Below the pieces are notes generated by a model, which was not told where the DNA came from, ran no database searches, and saw only the letters and a program-made list of their open reading frames with translations. A DNA stretch of 61,447 nt, counting the filler, from Sphacelaria rigidula (lineage: Eukaryota): the NCBI GenBank assembly GCA_964200075.2. It is 8 parts of 8 records of this genome, joined end to end, with 100 filler letters (N's around TTAATTAATTAA, not from the genome) between each part and the next. Parts side by side here need not be neighbours in the genome. Positions count along the whole stretch, not along the records: positions 46,162 to 53,754 come from CAXNAA020014189.1; positions 53,855 to 61,447 come from CAXNAA020014190.1; 6 more parts are not named here. The stretch is one strand, 5' to 3'. The position numbers were made by a program, and so were the translations under genes. This document shows, piece by piece, positions 48,096 through 61,447 of this stretch (the stretch's first letter is position 1; each line of letters starts with the position of its first letter).

Positions 48096-48431
48096 CGCAC
48101 CATGTCGTCCGAGATGTTTTTTTGCAGTGCAAGTGGCAAAGGATGCCGTGTAGCCCGGGGTGTATCGGGTGTGCCGTGTTGTTAACCTCTCCAACGATGG
48201 GGCACCGTGTATGCTGTTGCCTTTTCACTCCGTTATCATGTGTGACACGATATATTACAGCAATACAACCGTACGCTGAGTAACACGCACTCGGTGAATA
48301 ACAACCCCTCGATGACGGACGTTCGGCTACTTGTGACACTGAGGACCATGGTGACATCCACAGTCACAACTGAGTCGGGGTACGCTCTTTACCACCCCCT
48401 AAATTACACCCTCGGGTGAAAAAAAATAGGC

Positions 48432-50668
48432 AATGGCTTAGAAAAGGTACACCTTCTCGTATTTTGCCTAAGAAAGGTACGAAAAATGACCAGAAGCACG
48501 AGAATAGCATAACACACAATCTACACCGATTTCGCTCCGAATTTTTGACGCACAGCACTCGGGAAGCTCCTCGGCACCCGGGCCTCAAAACAAATCCAGA
48601 AAAAAAAACATGTTACTCGCGAGATATGGCGATGCGCAGAAGGACGTCTTGCCTCCAGAAATCACTTCCCTCTTCTAGGCCACGCTTCGGCAAGGTATGC
48701 CTAATCTAGGAATTCTTTTTCAATCGTGCCTTATCTGGGCCACCAGTCGGCCCAGAAGGTACCTGTCCTGGGCCATCGCGTCCCACACGGCACCTGATGC
48801 GGCACACTGCGCATCAGGGAACCCACGCGCCAACTCTAACCATGACGCACACATTCGGCTCTTTTCCCGTCCATTTGCTTTTCACGAACGCCGCAGCGAC
48901 CACAACCTTTTCTCCCCGGAAATGGTTCCCGAGTCTCTCCGCATCGACACAAGAACTGGACTCACAACTCACAACGCGTCGGTCTTGTGCGCTTGCGGAG
49001 GATTACGTGACATCGTACCGTTGCGATCTGGGGCTGGTGTCCTGTTCCGTATGAACCCTTTTAGGATCCTCGTCTCCCACAATCGTGTGTTGGGGGCAGG
49101 TGTCTATTTGTGTTGTTTTCAAGTCAAAATGATGCCAATTCAAACCTTTTTGTGAGATGACATCATTTTGACTTGGAAACAACACAAATAGACACCTGCC
49201 ACCAACACAAGATTGTCGTCGGGGAAAAGTGGGGGTAAGTGCCACGAACATACCGTTGTGGGGAGTCCGGTCCCAACAGCTCTAATGGTTGTGGCGTCAA
49301 CCCTTAGACGAAGAGCGTCGCCTCGGAACAGTTGTACAGACTGACAGTTCCGAGACATGCGAGGGTTTCCAGAGCTCGGGGGGGGGGGGGGTTTTTGAGG
49401 GGGGGGGGGTCTGTACGCAGAGCACCGGAGAAGCTCACGGAGTCAACCATGTGTGTTTGAAATTTTCCCGCGGAAAATTATGAGCCGTGCACGAGGCCCG
49501 AACGCGGGGTGACCATTCTGACCGATAACGGTCGTCAAAATGAGCACTTTTGTTACGGTAGAGGTAGACACCTAGTAGACGCATTCGCTGTCTACCTTCA
49601 TAACCCATTTTGATCATTCCAGATCAACCATAGATTATATAATCAACACGCAGGTGTTTGAGCATCTTCGGTACACTGTTGTGTCTGTCTGTTCAGTACT
49701 GCCTGAGCGTCGTACTAGCTCCACACCTCCATCTGGTATCAAACGTCATGGCGCAACACGCGAGCGGCGGCCAGGAGTACCCGATGTAGACAAGTACTTC
49801 GACGGTTAGGCGACCGCCATCGCCGAGCAATTGCTCTACGGTAGTCAGGGGCGATCGCGGCGGTAGTCGTGGTGCAATATCCAAACACATGCTGCGTACA
49901 CTCGGCACGTTCAACACTTTAAGATCTAGTATGCTGCAGACCGCACGTGCAGCCGCGGCATGATACACTACAGACTGCACAGCAAAAATATGAGGCGTAA
50001 TAATCAAGTGGTCGACAACCACACCACCGTCTGTATTATGACGCAACTTTTTATCTCTTATGCACTCCTGGTCCCTTACGCCGTAGAGTAGGCGTTTTCA
50101 GTTGTGACAAAGGAATGATTCTGAACCCAAAAAGTGTAGTATCTACCTCAGTCTACCAGCGGGGGGGTCGCTGTCTAAGGGTTAAGGTTGGTAACATGTG
50201 GTCGTTGTGGCGTTCGTGAACAGCAAATGGACGGGAAAAGAGCCGAATGTGTGGACGCCATGGTTAGAGTTGGCGCGTGGATTCCCTTACGCCAGTGTGC
50301 CGCATCAGGTACAGTGTAGGACGCGATGGCCCAGGATAGGTACCTCCTGGGCCGACTGGTGGCCCAGATAAGGTACAAGTGAAAAAGAATTCCTAGATCA
50401 GGTATACCTGGCCGAAATGTGGCCTGGAAAGTGGAAGTGGTTTCTGGAGGCGAGACGTCCTTCTGCGCGTGGCCACATCTCGCGAGTTACATATTTTTTT
50501 TTCTGTTTTTTTTCGAGGCCCGGGTGCTGAGAAGCCCCTCGATTGCTATGCGTCGAAAATTCGGAGCGAAATCGGTGTAGATTGTGTGTTTTGCTATTGT
50601 CGCGTTCCTGTTCATTTTTCGTACCTATTTCAGGCAAAATACGAGAAGGTATACCTTCTCTAGGCCAT
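48432..50668. mobile_element. Element or inverted pair with ~470-bp inverted repeats
   Basis: 48432-48905 is the reverse complement of ~50197-50668 (acacacaatctacaccgatttcgctccgaatttt / aaaattcggagcgaaatcggtgtagattgtgtgt). There is an internal hairpin at ~49079-49215. Confidence 0.8.
49301..50181. mobile_element. Possible non-autonomous piggyBac-like element
   Basis: TCAA|CCCTTAGAC … GTCTAAGGG|TTAA. The same terminus TTAA|CCCTTAGAC occurs at 2802-2814. Only 9 bp of TIR match. Confidence 0.45.
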
Positions 50669-52603
50669 CGTCCAACAAATGTTGAGCCCCCAAAAATTCA
50701 TCACCTGCGGTTGTGATGACGTACCGCGTGTCGCATGCACTATGTGCTCTTCAATGTTGTTCCTTTTCAATGATACGGAAAGGCTTCTCTCTTGTTGACT
50801 TTATTTTCCAGCACCGACTGTAATGCTCCGGTTGAAGTAGTCATGCTCCATAGCGTCAATTATATTGAGCCCAGACAATAAATCATCGTGTGAAGAGGGG
50901 CAATCACAATCAAGACGGACAGCTGACGCACCAGACTTTGATCATCGGTGGAGGAATAAGCACGGCGTAGGAGGAACGTCACTGCGCAGATCGCAAGTGG
51001 TTGCTACTCGAAACCTGCCTTCCCGCCGGACTTGATGACTAAATTAGTAGTATGTCCTCAGAGCTGGGGGTGCCACTCCGTTTCGCACGATAACTGCACT
51101 GCTCACTGTAGTATCTGGTGAGAAACCAGACTCGCACAACGTGTCACTTTGTTAGATACCTGGTAGTAAAATACTCCGCAAGAGCTCGGCGAAGTGGAAG
51201 TTCCTTGACCGCCCAAAAGTATTCATGTACAAATCTTGATCCGCGTTGCTCTAACTTGCTACTGGGAGAAGAAAAACACAGCGACCACCTCCGTGGCTTT
51301 CAGACTGTCATGACGTCTACCCCGGAGGGTCTGCTACTGACCGTACGGGGACGTTGCCCCTCGGCAGGGATCTGGGCAGGGGTCCTTGGCAGAGCCCGCA
51401 GTTCGCGCCAGAGGAGCTAAGTCGAGCTGTCGCGCGTGTCGGAGCGGGAACGTTGACCCCAGTACCCTCAGATATATAACGGAGCCCAAACGGTGCTGGT
51501 TAGCTGTGTTGCTTCGAGGGTTCACCCGTCAGCGGGCTAAGTATCAGGACACAGCTGCCAAGACCCGTTGTTGCCTCCTCGTCGATTTGATATCGTTCCC
51601 TCCATGATGATCATGAGACAAAAGAGTGTCGAATATATGAAAGAAAATTTGACCATGCTGATAACCACCGTTTCAATGCACTCAGCGCCCTGAGCGCCTA
51701 GCGACATCGAAGCTGTCGCTCCGACCCTCACCTGTGGCATCATCCAACATATACTCGAAGTTTCACCACACCACAAACACGAGGTGCGCCTTGTCTTGAC
51801 GCGCAACCTTTCAAAGTACCGCCTCCATTTGATTGAAAAGGACAAAGCACTGTCGCAACAACCCTCATGTGTAGTATCCAAGGATTTATGTGCCGAAAAT
51901 ACGGCGAGACGCCGATTTGAGCTCTGCCAACGCACAGCTGACCTAGGACACTGTACGTACCCTGCCTGCTCCAGGGTTCACGCGACATTCCCTGGGTTCG
52001 TTTGAGGGTTAGGGTTAGGGTTAGTGTTGCAGTACGACGAAAACAAAGTAGCAAATATGTGCGAAAGACGAGAAGCAGAAAATCAATGTAAGCATTTTCC
52101 GAGGCATGCCTTTGCAGCAGGTTGTGAACACACATGGCCGCAGCGTCCTTATCCTTTTACTCTGCAGGGCATACATATGTGCAGCATTATGATGATCCTC
52201 CGACGTTTTGAGGATTGGCGTCGCCAGTTGGCAACGACTCTGTAAAACACGCCACTCACTGCGTACGCTAACAACCATGTTGCCGTAACCATGATGGTGG
52301 TCGAGGTACATCATATTGTGCGCGGTAGAGAGCCCGAACTCTACGCGAATGGGATGATCGTAAAACGTAGTGTCTGAATGGTGAGACACCCATGAGGCAG
52401 TGTGCATTCCATGACTGTCTCTGGATGTGGCGATACCAGAAAATGAAGCAGCTCACTGGCGGCTATCATCCATATGCCAGATGATTACCACGCTTCGGGG
52501 CAATCAATCTTAGCACGATGAAGCTCACTCTTCATGCGACTCGCCGAACGCACCACGGCGCTTCGCGCTTGGTGATTGCGAGCTTGTTCCGGCGGAAACC
52601 CGG

Positions 52604-52690
52604 CGTGCTCCGTCCCGACTTTGTAAGGATGCGAGGTCAATGATTTCGTGCTCACGGCATGCATGATCATGAGTACATTCCCCCCCCCCC
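52604..52690. repeat. Dispersed repeat end CGTGCTCCGTCCCG…GATGCGAGGTCAATG…CATGATCATGAGTACA-polyC
   Basis: Also at 46162-46250 and reverse-complemented at ~45988-46061. Confidence 0.85.
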
Positions 52691-53272
52691 GCGCGCGCGC
52701 CTATTCCTTACCCCTATTGTATTTTATTTATTATTTATTATTTATTTGTCGCACATTGAACCCCCCCCCTTCCTCGGGGCGAGTCCGTAGTCTCAAGGGG
52801 TTAACCCATCTCTCCCCAGTCTCGTACACACACAATACCCATGACACCTGCTTATACAATCCTCCAAGGGTCGGGCACATAATGATCTGTCTGGAAATTT
52901 CTTGGTTTTAGTATAATTGATTCGAATCGTACAAATCAATCCCTAGGCCTTATTTTCAGCGTTGCAACTCAGGTACACGTAGCCCAGACAAGTGGAATGG
53001 CGAAAAAGTTGCATGGATACCCCTTGGACCAGCGGTCAACTCTTTCCTCCCTTTTGGGCAATCAGGCCGAAGAAATCGGCGATTTGGTGATTCGTAGCCG
53101 TGATGATTCGTCCTAAGCGTGCAATCCTCAGTAGTGTCCATTAGGCGATGCGCCGTGATCCACTGCTGTTTTTTTCGCCGTACCTACTGTGTAAAAGTAC
53201 GCGTGAACCCAATCGTATCACACACACACACACACGCGCGCGCGCGCACGCACGCACACTTGCTCTTCCCAG

Positions 53273-53419
53273 GCAATCAAGCCCGATGGCCTGCAGAGAG
53301 CCTTAGTGGGAGACATTTTCTCGAGATTCGAACGAAAGGGGTGGAAGCTCGTGGCCCTTAAGATGCTCACCCCCTCCCCGTCGCTCGTGGAACGCCACTA
53401 CGAAGAGCACGCCGACAAG
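53273..53419 (+). CDS. NDK: Nucleoside diphosphate kinase, single internal exon
   Basis: ttccc[57 protein letters not shown]. 147 bp, phase 0/0, with the classic NDPK N-terminal signature IKPDG…HY.EH. Confidence 0.93.
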
Positions 53420-54059
53420 GTAAGGATGCACTCGTCGCAATGGCCACCCCGCCATACTCTTGGTTCTTGTACAACAACAGCTGCCGCGTTCCGGTGGTTT
53501 GATTTAAACACTGTCAAGCCAATGACAACTTTTGCGCGGAGGTCGCGGGTTCGAGTCCCCGTCTACATATCCACGGTTGTTGTTTGTAGCAAAATCGGGT
53601 TTCGGTCGTTGAAGATTTGACGAGACGAGGCAGCAAAAAAAAAATGTCGACGAGAGTTGACGCGGTGCGGAAAGAGGGCGGACCGAATCCGCGATGGCAC
53701 GAAATTATGGCGGGTGCCGGGGGAGAGGAATAGGCGGGACGATCGGGGGAGACCNNNNNNNNNNNNNNNNNNNNNNNNNNNNNNNNNNNNNNNNNNNNTT
53801 AATTAATTAANNNNNNNNNNNNNNNNNNNNNNNNNNNNNNNNNNNNNNNNNNNNAAGGCGTCCGCATCAGATGCCCAGTACGCATGTACCGCGCAGATAT
53901 CGGAACGCTTTTTTTAATGTGAAGACAACAACAACCGGACAGAACACTTCGAGGCACGTCGACAGGAAAAGAGTGTGCTGAATCAGTGACCGGGGTCGAA
54001 GTGCAAGGAAGGCGCCAGGGAAGAGATGGGTCTATTCCTTGATACTGCGGACTCGTCCT

Positions 54060-55070
54060 AAGGAACGGGGGGAGGGTGTACTCATTTTTCGCTTGCCCTA
54101 GTCGTTCCACCATCGACGACGCGTCCCTTTCGAGACGGAGCACCGTTCCTACTCCTAATAGAGACACCTCCAACATTTCGGGGCCCATTACGCTGCTTCC
54201 ATACATGACACAAAACCTTTCACATATCTTATCCCCGTCCCGTTTGGCCGTCTGTAGCCACCACATATCTCCCAGTACGGCCATCGTTTTCTCCCTACTA
54301 CTGTCTAATGCATCAAGCAATTTACTTCTCGCACTTCCCGCTTAAGCACGTCCAGTTCTTCCTTGTATAGCCCACATTCTGCCACTGAATGAGTTCTGCT
54401 CTCTACTGCTTCACCACAGGGGCAGTTCTGTGCACCTGCTTCCTCCTCCTCTCGATCACTGGTGTATATCTTTCTTCTTTTTGGCAGGTCCAGGTCCCCC
54501 CCCCCCGAGATGGAAGTTTCAATTTTTTCGGGTAGTCCAGTGGGCCATGCAGATATCTTTCCATCCCTCTCCCCTCTCTGAACCCCCCCGTATATCTTCG
54601 GGTGTTCTCTCTTGTCTACTTTCCGTGTTGGCGTTTCTTTTCCCCTCATTTGTATCATGTCTCTTATTCTTGTCTTGAATCCGCCGCATCCACCTGTGGA
54701 CATTATCTCGTCTTGGTTTTCCTCTCATCTACCTCCTTACATTTTTGACTACTCTTATTCGAGCCTGCCCTTTCGTCATTTTTTTCCATACAGCCCTATC
54801 GACTACGGCTGGTAATCTTTTTCTCTGCATGTTCTTCACGCTGCATTGACATCACAATCTCCTCGTGTCTCTGTTTTAAGTGGCTATATTCCCAATTCTG
54901 CTGTCAATGTTGTATTACTCGTCGTTTTCAAGTTTTGAGCATCTGAGTATTTTCTTAGCTGCTGTCATCTGTACTAATTCCAACTTCTTCACCAACCTCT
55001 CGCCCCCCTCCCAAACTTCTGCATATTCCAGGTTTGGTGCAATCACATTCATCAGAACACATCTTTTAAT
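54060..55070 (-). mobile_element. Decayed non-LTR retrotransposon ORF2 3' end (post-RT region with CCHC-like finger)
   Basis: NVIAPNLEYAEVWEG…KKLELVQMTAAKKILRC and CPCGEAVESRTHSVAEC…KTMAVLGDMWWLQTAK. Frameshifted. Confidence 0.75.
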
Positions 55071-55207
55071 CTCTGGGGGAGGGAGAGGAGGATAACAAGA
55101 ACAAAATCAAGGACAAATACAGAGTGCTCTATTTCATGCGAGTCAAAGGCACTGCCGATAATACGCCGCGGATACATCGCTATGCCATATGCATGCATGC
55201 AACATAC

Positions 55208-56056
55208 CTCCAGAGCTCTCGCTCGCACAGCCTTCAATGTCGACGCACGCAGAGGGGTCTGAGTGGACTGAAGTTCCCCCGCCTCTCCTTGAAGATTCCT
55301 CAGACCGCTCCCCAAATCGTTTTCACTTTCGTCAGTATCGTACTTTTCAAGAGTCCTGCCCACCGCGTCACCGATATCGCCGTCCTTCCCACTGCCAATA
55401 TCGTTGTAGTCTGGGAAATATTCGCCGGATCCGGCGCCCAAGAATTGAGGATTCAATGCCATGAGATGCAAGGCGGGGGCCACTCTGGACAACCTCAGGT
55501 GGTCAATCGATTCGTCTATCGTCGCTTCGAGCCTCCGCACCCACGCAACCTGTGCAGCAACGTTTCATCCAATGGTCACTTTTACGATTTTCGTGTTGGG
55601 AACGGAAGGCTCAGAGCGCTAGTCATCGAATATATATATATTATATATACATGTACATGAGTTGCAGCAATGCCAATTCAAGTGCTAGAAAATGCACAGC
55701 AACGTGCGTGGCAAAAGAAAAATTGGCTCATTAATCCGTCAAGGATATGGATTCGTCCCGAGGAACGGTAGAAGGGTAGGGGGAGGGAGGATCAGAGAGG
55801 GATGATAAATAGAAAAAAGTGACCCCGATTTTTAGGATAGATTCATCAACAGTCATAACACAATACAAACACGTGTGAAACAGCGGCGCCCAAGCACGAC
55901 ACGCATCAGGGGAAAAGCGACTCCAACTCGAAAAAGCAAACATACGTGGCACCTGCTTGGCGGCTTCCTGCGTCAAGACACGAAACGGTTCCCCTAGCGG
56001 AGCGTCGTCCACACGTTCTTTGGGGGTAACCACTACCCGAACCGCTACACCCGGAC
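55208..56056 (-). CDS. Two putative exons of an unidentified gene
   Basis: 56056-55953 (AAG|…KQ|GTGCCA) and 55549-55208 (CACAG|VAWVRRLEATIDESIDHLRL…ARALE|GTATGT) are open and phase-compatible. No recognisable domain. Confidence 0.5.
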
Positions 56057-58304
56057 CTTTGCACGAGAAAACACACGCAGCAGGTGAAACGGAGCAAAAG
56101 GGTGCACAGATACCACCAAAAATTCAAAAATGGATCATACTGTGTGGCGGATGTTATTGTAGCGATGTACATATCGCATGACAACCGACAAGCAGTCGAG
56201 ATTCTTCAACAGGCGTTATCTCAATCACAGCAATGGACCCTGAATATGAATTCAAGTGTCTCGCTAAGGTGAGCTCGAGTACTTCGCACTTTGGCGAACA
56301 AATTCAGGTACAACTCTGGGTAGGATACACACGGTTCAGAAAAGAGCCACATGATTCGTCGAGATCGCTCAAGCGAAAAGGTTGAACAGCCGTCGACTAT
56401 CTGCACACACGGACCGCATGATGAACGAAGAGTAATTAATGGATGAACAATGAACAGAGAAACAAGTACATGATAAAAAAAAAAAAAAGGTGCACTCATT
56501 GACCAAGGGAACCTCTAGACCGAAGTTGCGGCCTCCAACGCTCCCCCCCTCCCCCTCCCCCCCGGGTTATTTTGAAGAAATCCATGGCTCGGTGTCTTGA
56601 TTGAATCATGTGCTCCTTGTGTCTCTTTGCATCGTACCGTACGCCCTCTGCTTTCATTGCGTGATACTAGCTACCCTGAGCGGATGTACGTGCCCAACAA
56701 CGACAAGCCCAGCATCACTATTGCACTTCAAACACCAAAGCCGTTGCCGGAAAAGCGCGGATTTCGCCATTTTCCTTCAGAGGAGCCTGCCGGTATGTTG
56801 CTCAATGCGCAGGGTTACTCAACAAAATTGAGTGCAAATGGCTGACACTGAAATAGTCGTCGAAGGGAGAACAAATGAAAGACACTACAGGAGGCAAGTG
56901 CTTTAATTAAGAGTCAAATACTATCAACACTGTCGTCTACACACCGCTTCTTGCCCAATAATCAAGACTCACGCGACATCATCTTAGCGAAAGATGGCCG
57001 CATGGACAAGAAGAATCAATCGAATCAGTAGAAAAACAAAAGTTGGAGAAGAATAGCAAACATCGAGATCTTCATTGCAAAACATTAGATTTTCTGCCGA
57101 AGGAGTTAGTACCATATCCGCTATTTTCCCGCCAGTATTGGGACCCATGCAGGAAGCGGTGACTCGAATCGACTGTATACACAACGGGCACCAAAGACAA
57201 ACAAAGCGTTACAAAAAACCCCCCCTACAAAACAAGAAATTTTGAGGTCAAGAGCCACATTTGAATTTCACTGAACAGCAGCACAGCGTGCGTCGCCAAC
57301 CATGAAGAATAATTCAGCATATTTCCATGAGCGTGAGGGAGTATTAAACTAATCTTTGAAAATCAAAAAAATAAAAGCGTTCATCAATAGAGTTGTTCGG
57401 ATGATGTTGTAGCACCATCCCCGCGATGACCTTATCCTTCATCGGATTGTCCAAGTTAAGGACGTGGCTCTTCCGTGGAACAAACGCGCACAAGGTCAGG
57501 GAGATGTATTCAGCCGGACGGAAAGATGAAATACTGTCCAGAAAACACGTATTGTGTTTTTCATTCTCCACGATGAACACAGATGTAAGACCCGCCTTGC
57601 CCCACTTTGAAAAAAGTATATGAAAATGTTGACCATCCGCCATCATTGAACGACTCGAAAAAGATCCAAGTTATTCATCATAGACTTGACTCATTGGTTC
57701 GAATGGTCGCCTGCGGCACTGGATCTTGTGTGATCAGTACCGTCTCTCCTTTTGTTGTATCGAGCCTGTGTTGAATTTCTCGGCCCCAGTTTATTTTTAT
57801 TTGTTTTCCTCACACCTTTATTGGGTACTGAGCCTGTGACCACAGGAGGCGTCCGCATCAAGTGCCCAGTACGGAAGTTGGAAGGTGCTGCGCACCTATT
57901 GGAACTGTTTTTCATATGAAGACAACGCCAAGACGATAGCAAGTTGAATATTTTCGCGGATCAAGAACATGAACTAACTGGTTCATCCTCGAATGTGGAC
58001 ATCCATGCAACAAAATATCGCGGAAAATAACGGCAGACAAGTAGAAGCAATTCGAGCGTTGACGGAAATGAGAAACAACCGAGAGAGTCCGACATTTTTC
58101 TGAAAGCATCACATTTTCCACCCAAATCTTCGAGATCCGCTGGACTCGCCGGATGTCGACACTCGTGAGACGCGTGATCGCCCAAAATAATCGCATACTA
58201 AACACAACGGGAGCCGAACGCGAGAGATGTATTGCGAAACGTTTGCGAAAAAAGAATTTTGTGGAGTTGACGGTGATCACCCTGGAAATATTCATCTGCA
58301 AAAC

Positions 58305-58577
58305 ACCACGCCATTCTTAGGAGTTAGACCCTGGATTGTTGCACAAATGTGCTATGGGTCACTTTCGATAGATGAAGTTTTTTTCTTACTTTTCCACCGG
58401 TGTTCGGGGGTCCCAGGGTTCCCGGGGACCTTTTGGGGGGGACCTTGGACCCCGTGGAATCCCAGCAAAACCTGTGAAATGATCATAAAGTGAAAAAAAC
58501 CTTCGTCCATCGAAAGTTGTGTAATAGTCCATGATACGTGTGTACAAATATTCATGATCCACTCCTAAAAACGGCGG
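58305..58577. repeat. Imperfect foldback at the start of the repeat shared with 38995-39910
   Basis: taggagt…ctttcgatagatgaagttttttt pairs with aaaaaaaccttcgtccatcgaaag…actccta. Confidence 0.6.
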
Positions 58578-61447
58578 GAAGTCCTTCGATGAAGTGAGGT
58601 TGAAATGTGCAAACTCTCAACTACTTGATTTTAGTATCAAGACGTCTTTTTCGAGCACGCTGACGAAAGCTGTATGAGGTTTCCGGTTTTTGCAAACGAA
58701 CTTCGTCAATATATTCCTTGAACTACCGGGGACGCATGATTCTAGGCCTTTTGAACTTTGAGGTGTTTGGTACCGCCTTGTGGAGGCCTTTACGGTGCCC
58801 CCCACCGAAAGCCGGTAAAGATCAGAGAAACTTTGAAGTATGGTCAACAATACCATTTCTCATTTGGAGCACCAGTACCCACGGGCTGTCACATACAAGG
58901 GCGACCTGAGCTTTTCTACGGCAGATATAAGGGAAACCTTCCTTGGTCTTTTGTGCGTATCATGAGTGGAAATTCGACGATGCCATGACCCCACATTATA
59001 GAAATCCCACGGTATTGGGTATGACTCGATTTCATAGTAATTGTTTCCTAACCTGCTAGATTCCTGAGCTGATGGGGATCAGTAAGATTCCAAGTATGTA
59101 GAGGTTTGGTGAAAATAGGGTTCAGAATTCGTGTGTTCAATTTCAGAATAATATCAAGCGCGCTGATTGATCAAGTTACCTTTCCGCCCTTAGCACCACC
59201 GATATGGCCTTCAACAAAAATTCGGCGATGTCATCCTCTTCGTCTGCTTATTGCTGTCAGTATGATACCATGTGTGCGGTCAATGGGTAGGTATCGCGGA
59301 AGTCATTTGCCGATGAGACAATTTCCGATGATGAGCGCCGACCAGCCTGTCGCGCCAACCAGTGGTTGCTCGTCTCGAGAGTACCGTAACTGCCTAACGG
59401 CTGCGAAGTTCGAAACTCTGGAGCCGTTAGTCCATTTGGTCGTCCTGTTTCAGGTATTTCGGCAGAACTAGTCATACGCGCTGGTTCTGGAAACGGGGCT
59501 TTGAGAAGAATCATCGCCGGAGTGACCATCCTATTTTGGGGTGTTCTTTTAGCCTTATTCGTCGTGAGGGCAGCACGCATTTATGATCAGCGAAACGTGC
59601 ATCACACGACAGCTGCGAACCCTCAGTTTTCCAACGATACTAGCCACGTCTTCACCTCCACCTTGTACACGTAGAAACCTGCTCCAAACTCCATTTGGGA
59701 TTGTTACGGTTTTAAAGACGCGGCACAGCGACGAGCTACCACGACTAATATACTAGGTAATCTTTCATGGAATAATGCTCGGTTCTAGCTAATTGTGACC
59801 ACAGTGATGGCGAAGGGAAATCGGTCCGCGTGCAAGGGCTTCGCGCTGTCCTCGGTTGCTCTTGTCATGTCATTCCGTGTGGCCAAATAACCCAGAGAAG
59901 AAACCTGCAGGAAAAGACACCCTTCATTTGTCGTAAAGTATTGATTATCTCTGTTTCCCAGGAAGGGCAGCACAAGCCAAACAACGTGAAATATCCACCG
60001 GACATCACAGCAGATCGCTACTAAACACTTCAACGGGAACCAAGGAAATCCCGTGGGATAGCCAGTAAGACTCCAGGCAAGAATATCAACACATTCCCTG
60101 CGTCAACTTCTGGCCCAAGCATCCGCGGTGTTCACTGTCAGTCTACAGCATCAAAGCCTGTGGAAAGCTGTGGGCAAGCTCAAGCATTTTGAGATTAACA
60201 TTTGACTCAAATGGTTCGATATCAACCCTGTTGGGGTAATCAAGTGCCACAATCACCTCCTACTGGGGTATGACTCCGTTTCTCAACGTTACCTCAAGAC
60301 ACCGTGGATACTCCCTCCCTCCCAAATCCACCAAATGATTTCAATTCTGGGGCGCTTGGTGAAAGTTCGAATGCGGCTGCTCTCGCATTGACGACAATAA
60401 AACGAGAACTGGAAATGATGCGCATAGAAAAAAAGCAGGGACGTGCAAAGTAGATCATATGACCCTCTTAAGGTAGTTGATCAATCAATCACACAACAGT
60501 GGAAACCAAGGTTGCATGAATCTACAACTTCACTCACATGCAAATATTGCGGAGGTACGTGGATTGCGGTGTGAGAAATACGGCGTATGTTCGAAAGCAA
60601 TACGTGAATCGTCTCAATTCGTTCAGTCGGGGCAGTATGGGGGAACCACCAGAGGGCGCGACTGCGTCACGCCAGTAGGCGCAACGACTATCCCATCTCC
60701 ATCCATGCAAATTGTGAAAATAAAGTAAAGGGTATGCCTGAGCAGATGTATCTTGACCTGTGCGGAAAATCTTGAAGTAGTGACAACAGCGATGGTATAG
60801 TGGAAACTGAAAGATTTATGTTCTCTCCGGCGTACGGAAGGGTGTCTACTGTTGCCCCAAACAATGGGGAATATTTGTGTGGTGATAAAACGACACATTC
60901 ACGTGTTTGTACTTTCATGGGGTCAAGCATCGTTGAGCGAACGGCGCGTTACTGGACATGGACATCCAGGCCATCTCAAGCATTCTTCCCTGCTTCACGC
61001 AACAGCTCAAAGAAAAACACCAGTCCTCCCTGTGAGATGTTGGCTGATCCGTTGCCGGCAAAGCTTCTGCGGGTTTTCACTGCAGAATGAGGCACATAGG
61101 TACATGTATACCGAAGGCGGAACAAAGCCCGCAGTTCGGCATACCCATGGACCCGACAAGAACGCGGATAAACGACCCTACAAAGTCAGTCGTAAATGAC
61201 GATATATAATCTTTCTACACTCCGAGCTACCCTAATTTTGTCGGCAGGCACGGAGAGGATGTAAGACCCGTCCCGCGGTAAGGCTGTGTAAGAACCGCTA
61301 CGGTTCGAGTTGGGGGAATGTTGCAGGAAGCAGTTAACAGCCGATTTTAAATTTTGGGGTTCAACACTAAAATGGGGCTGAAGTCGCATTTCTCTCTTGC
61401 AGGGAAGATACGAAAGATTAACACAGAGCGAAAGTATCTTCCCCCCC

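Overview
Repeat-rich eukaryotic nuclear DNA, most likely from a brown alga (Phaeophyceae). This is an inference from the TTAGGG arrays, the NB-ARC-TPR gene, the short exons in long introns and the IFT dynein. The window is not one locus. It is eight contigs of 7594, 7594, 7594, 7593, 7593, 7593, 7593 and 7593 bp joined by artificial N44-TTAATTAATTAA-N44 linkers, so adjacency across linkers means nothing. Genes: (i) a minus-strand, at least 4-exon NLR-like gene whose spliced N-terminus resembles an MLKL/HeLo-like four-helix cell-death domain fused to NB-ARC and TPRs; (ii) eight exons of cytoplasmic dynein-2 heavy chain, including one GC donor and one apparent GA donor; (iii) one nucleoside diphosphate kinase exon; (iv) exons of an unidentified minus-strand gene. 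Mobile DNA: two divergent decayed Ty3/Gypsy elements whose integrases both end in a chromodomain plus a Tudor-like domain, an RTE-like LINE split by a foldback MITE, another LINE 3' fragment, a mariner N-terminal relic, piggyBac-like termini, tRNA-derived SINE heads and many long foldbacks. All domain calls were made by eye and no searches were run.
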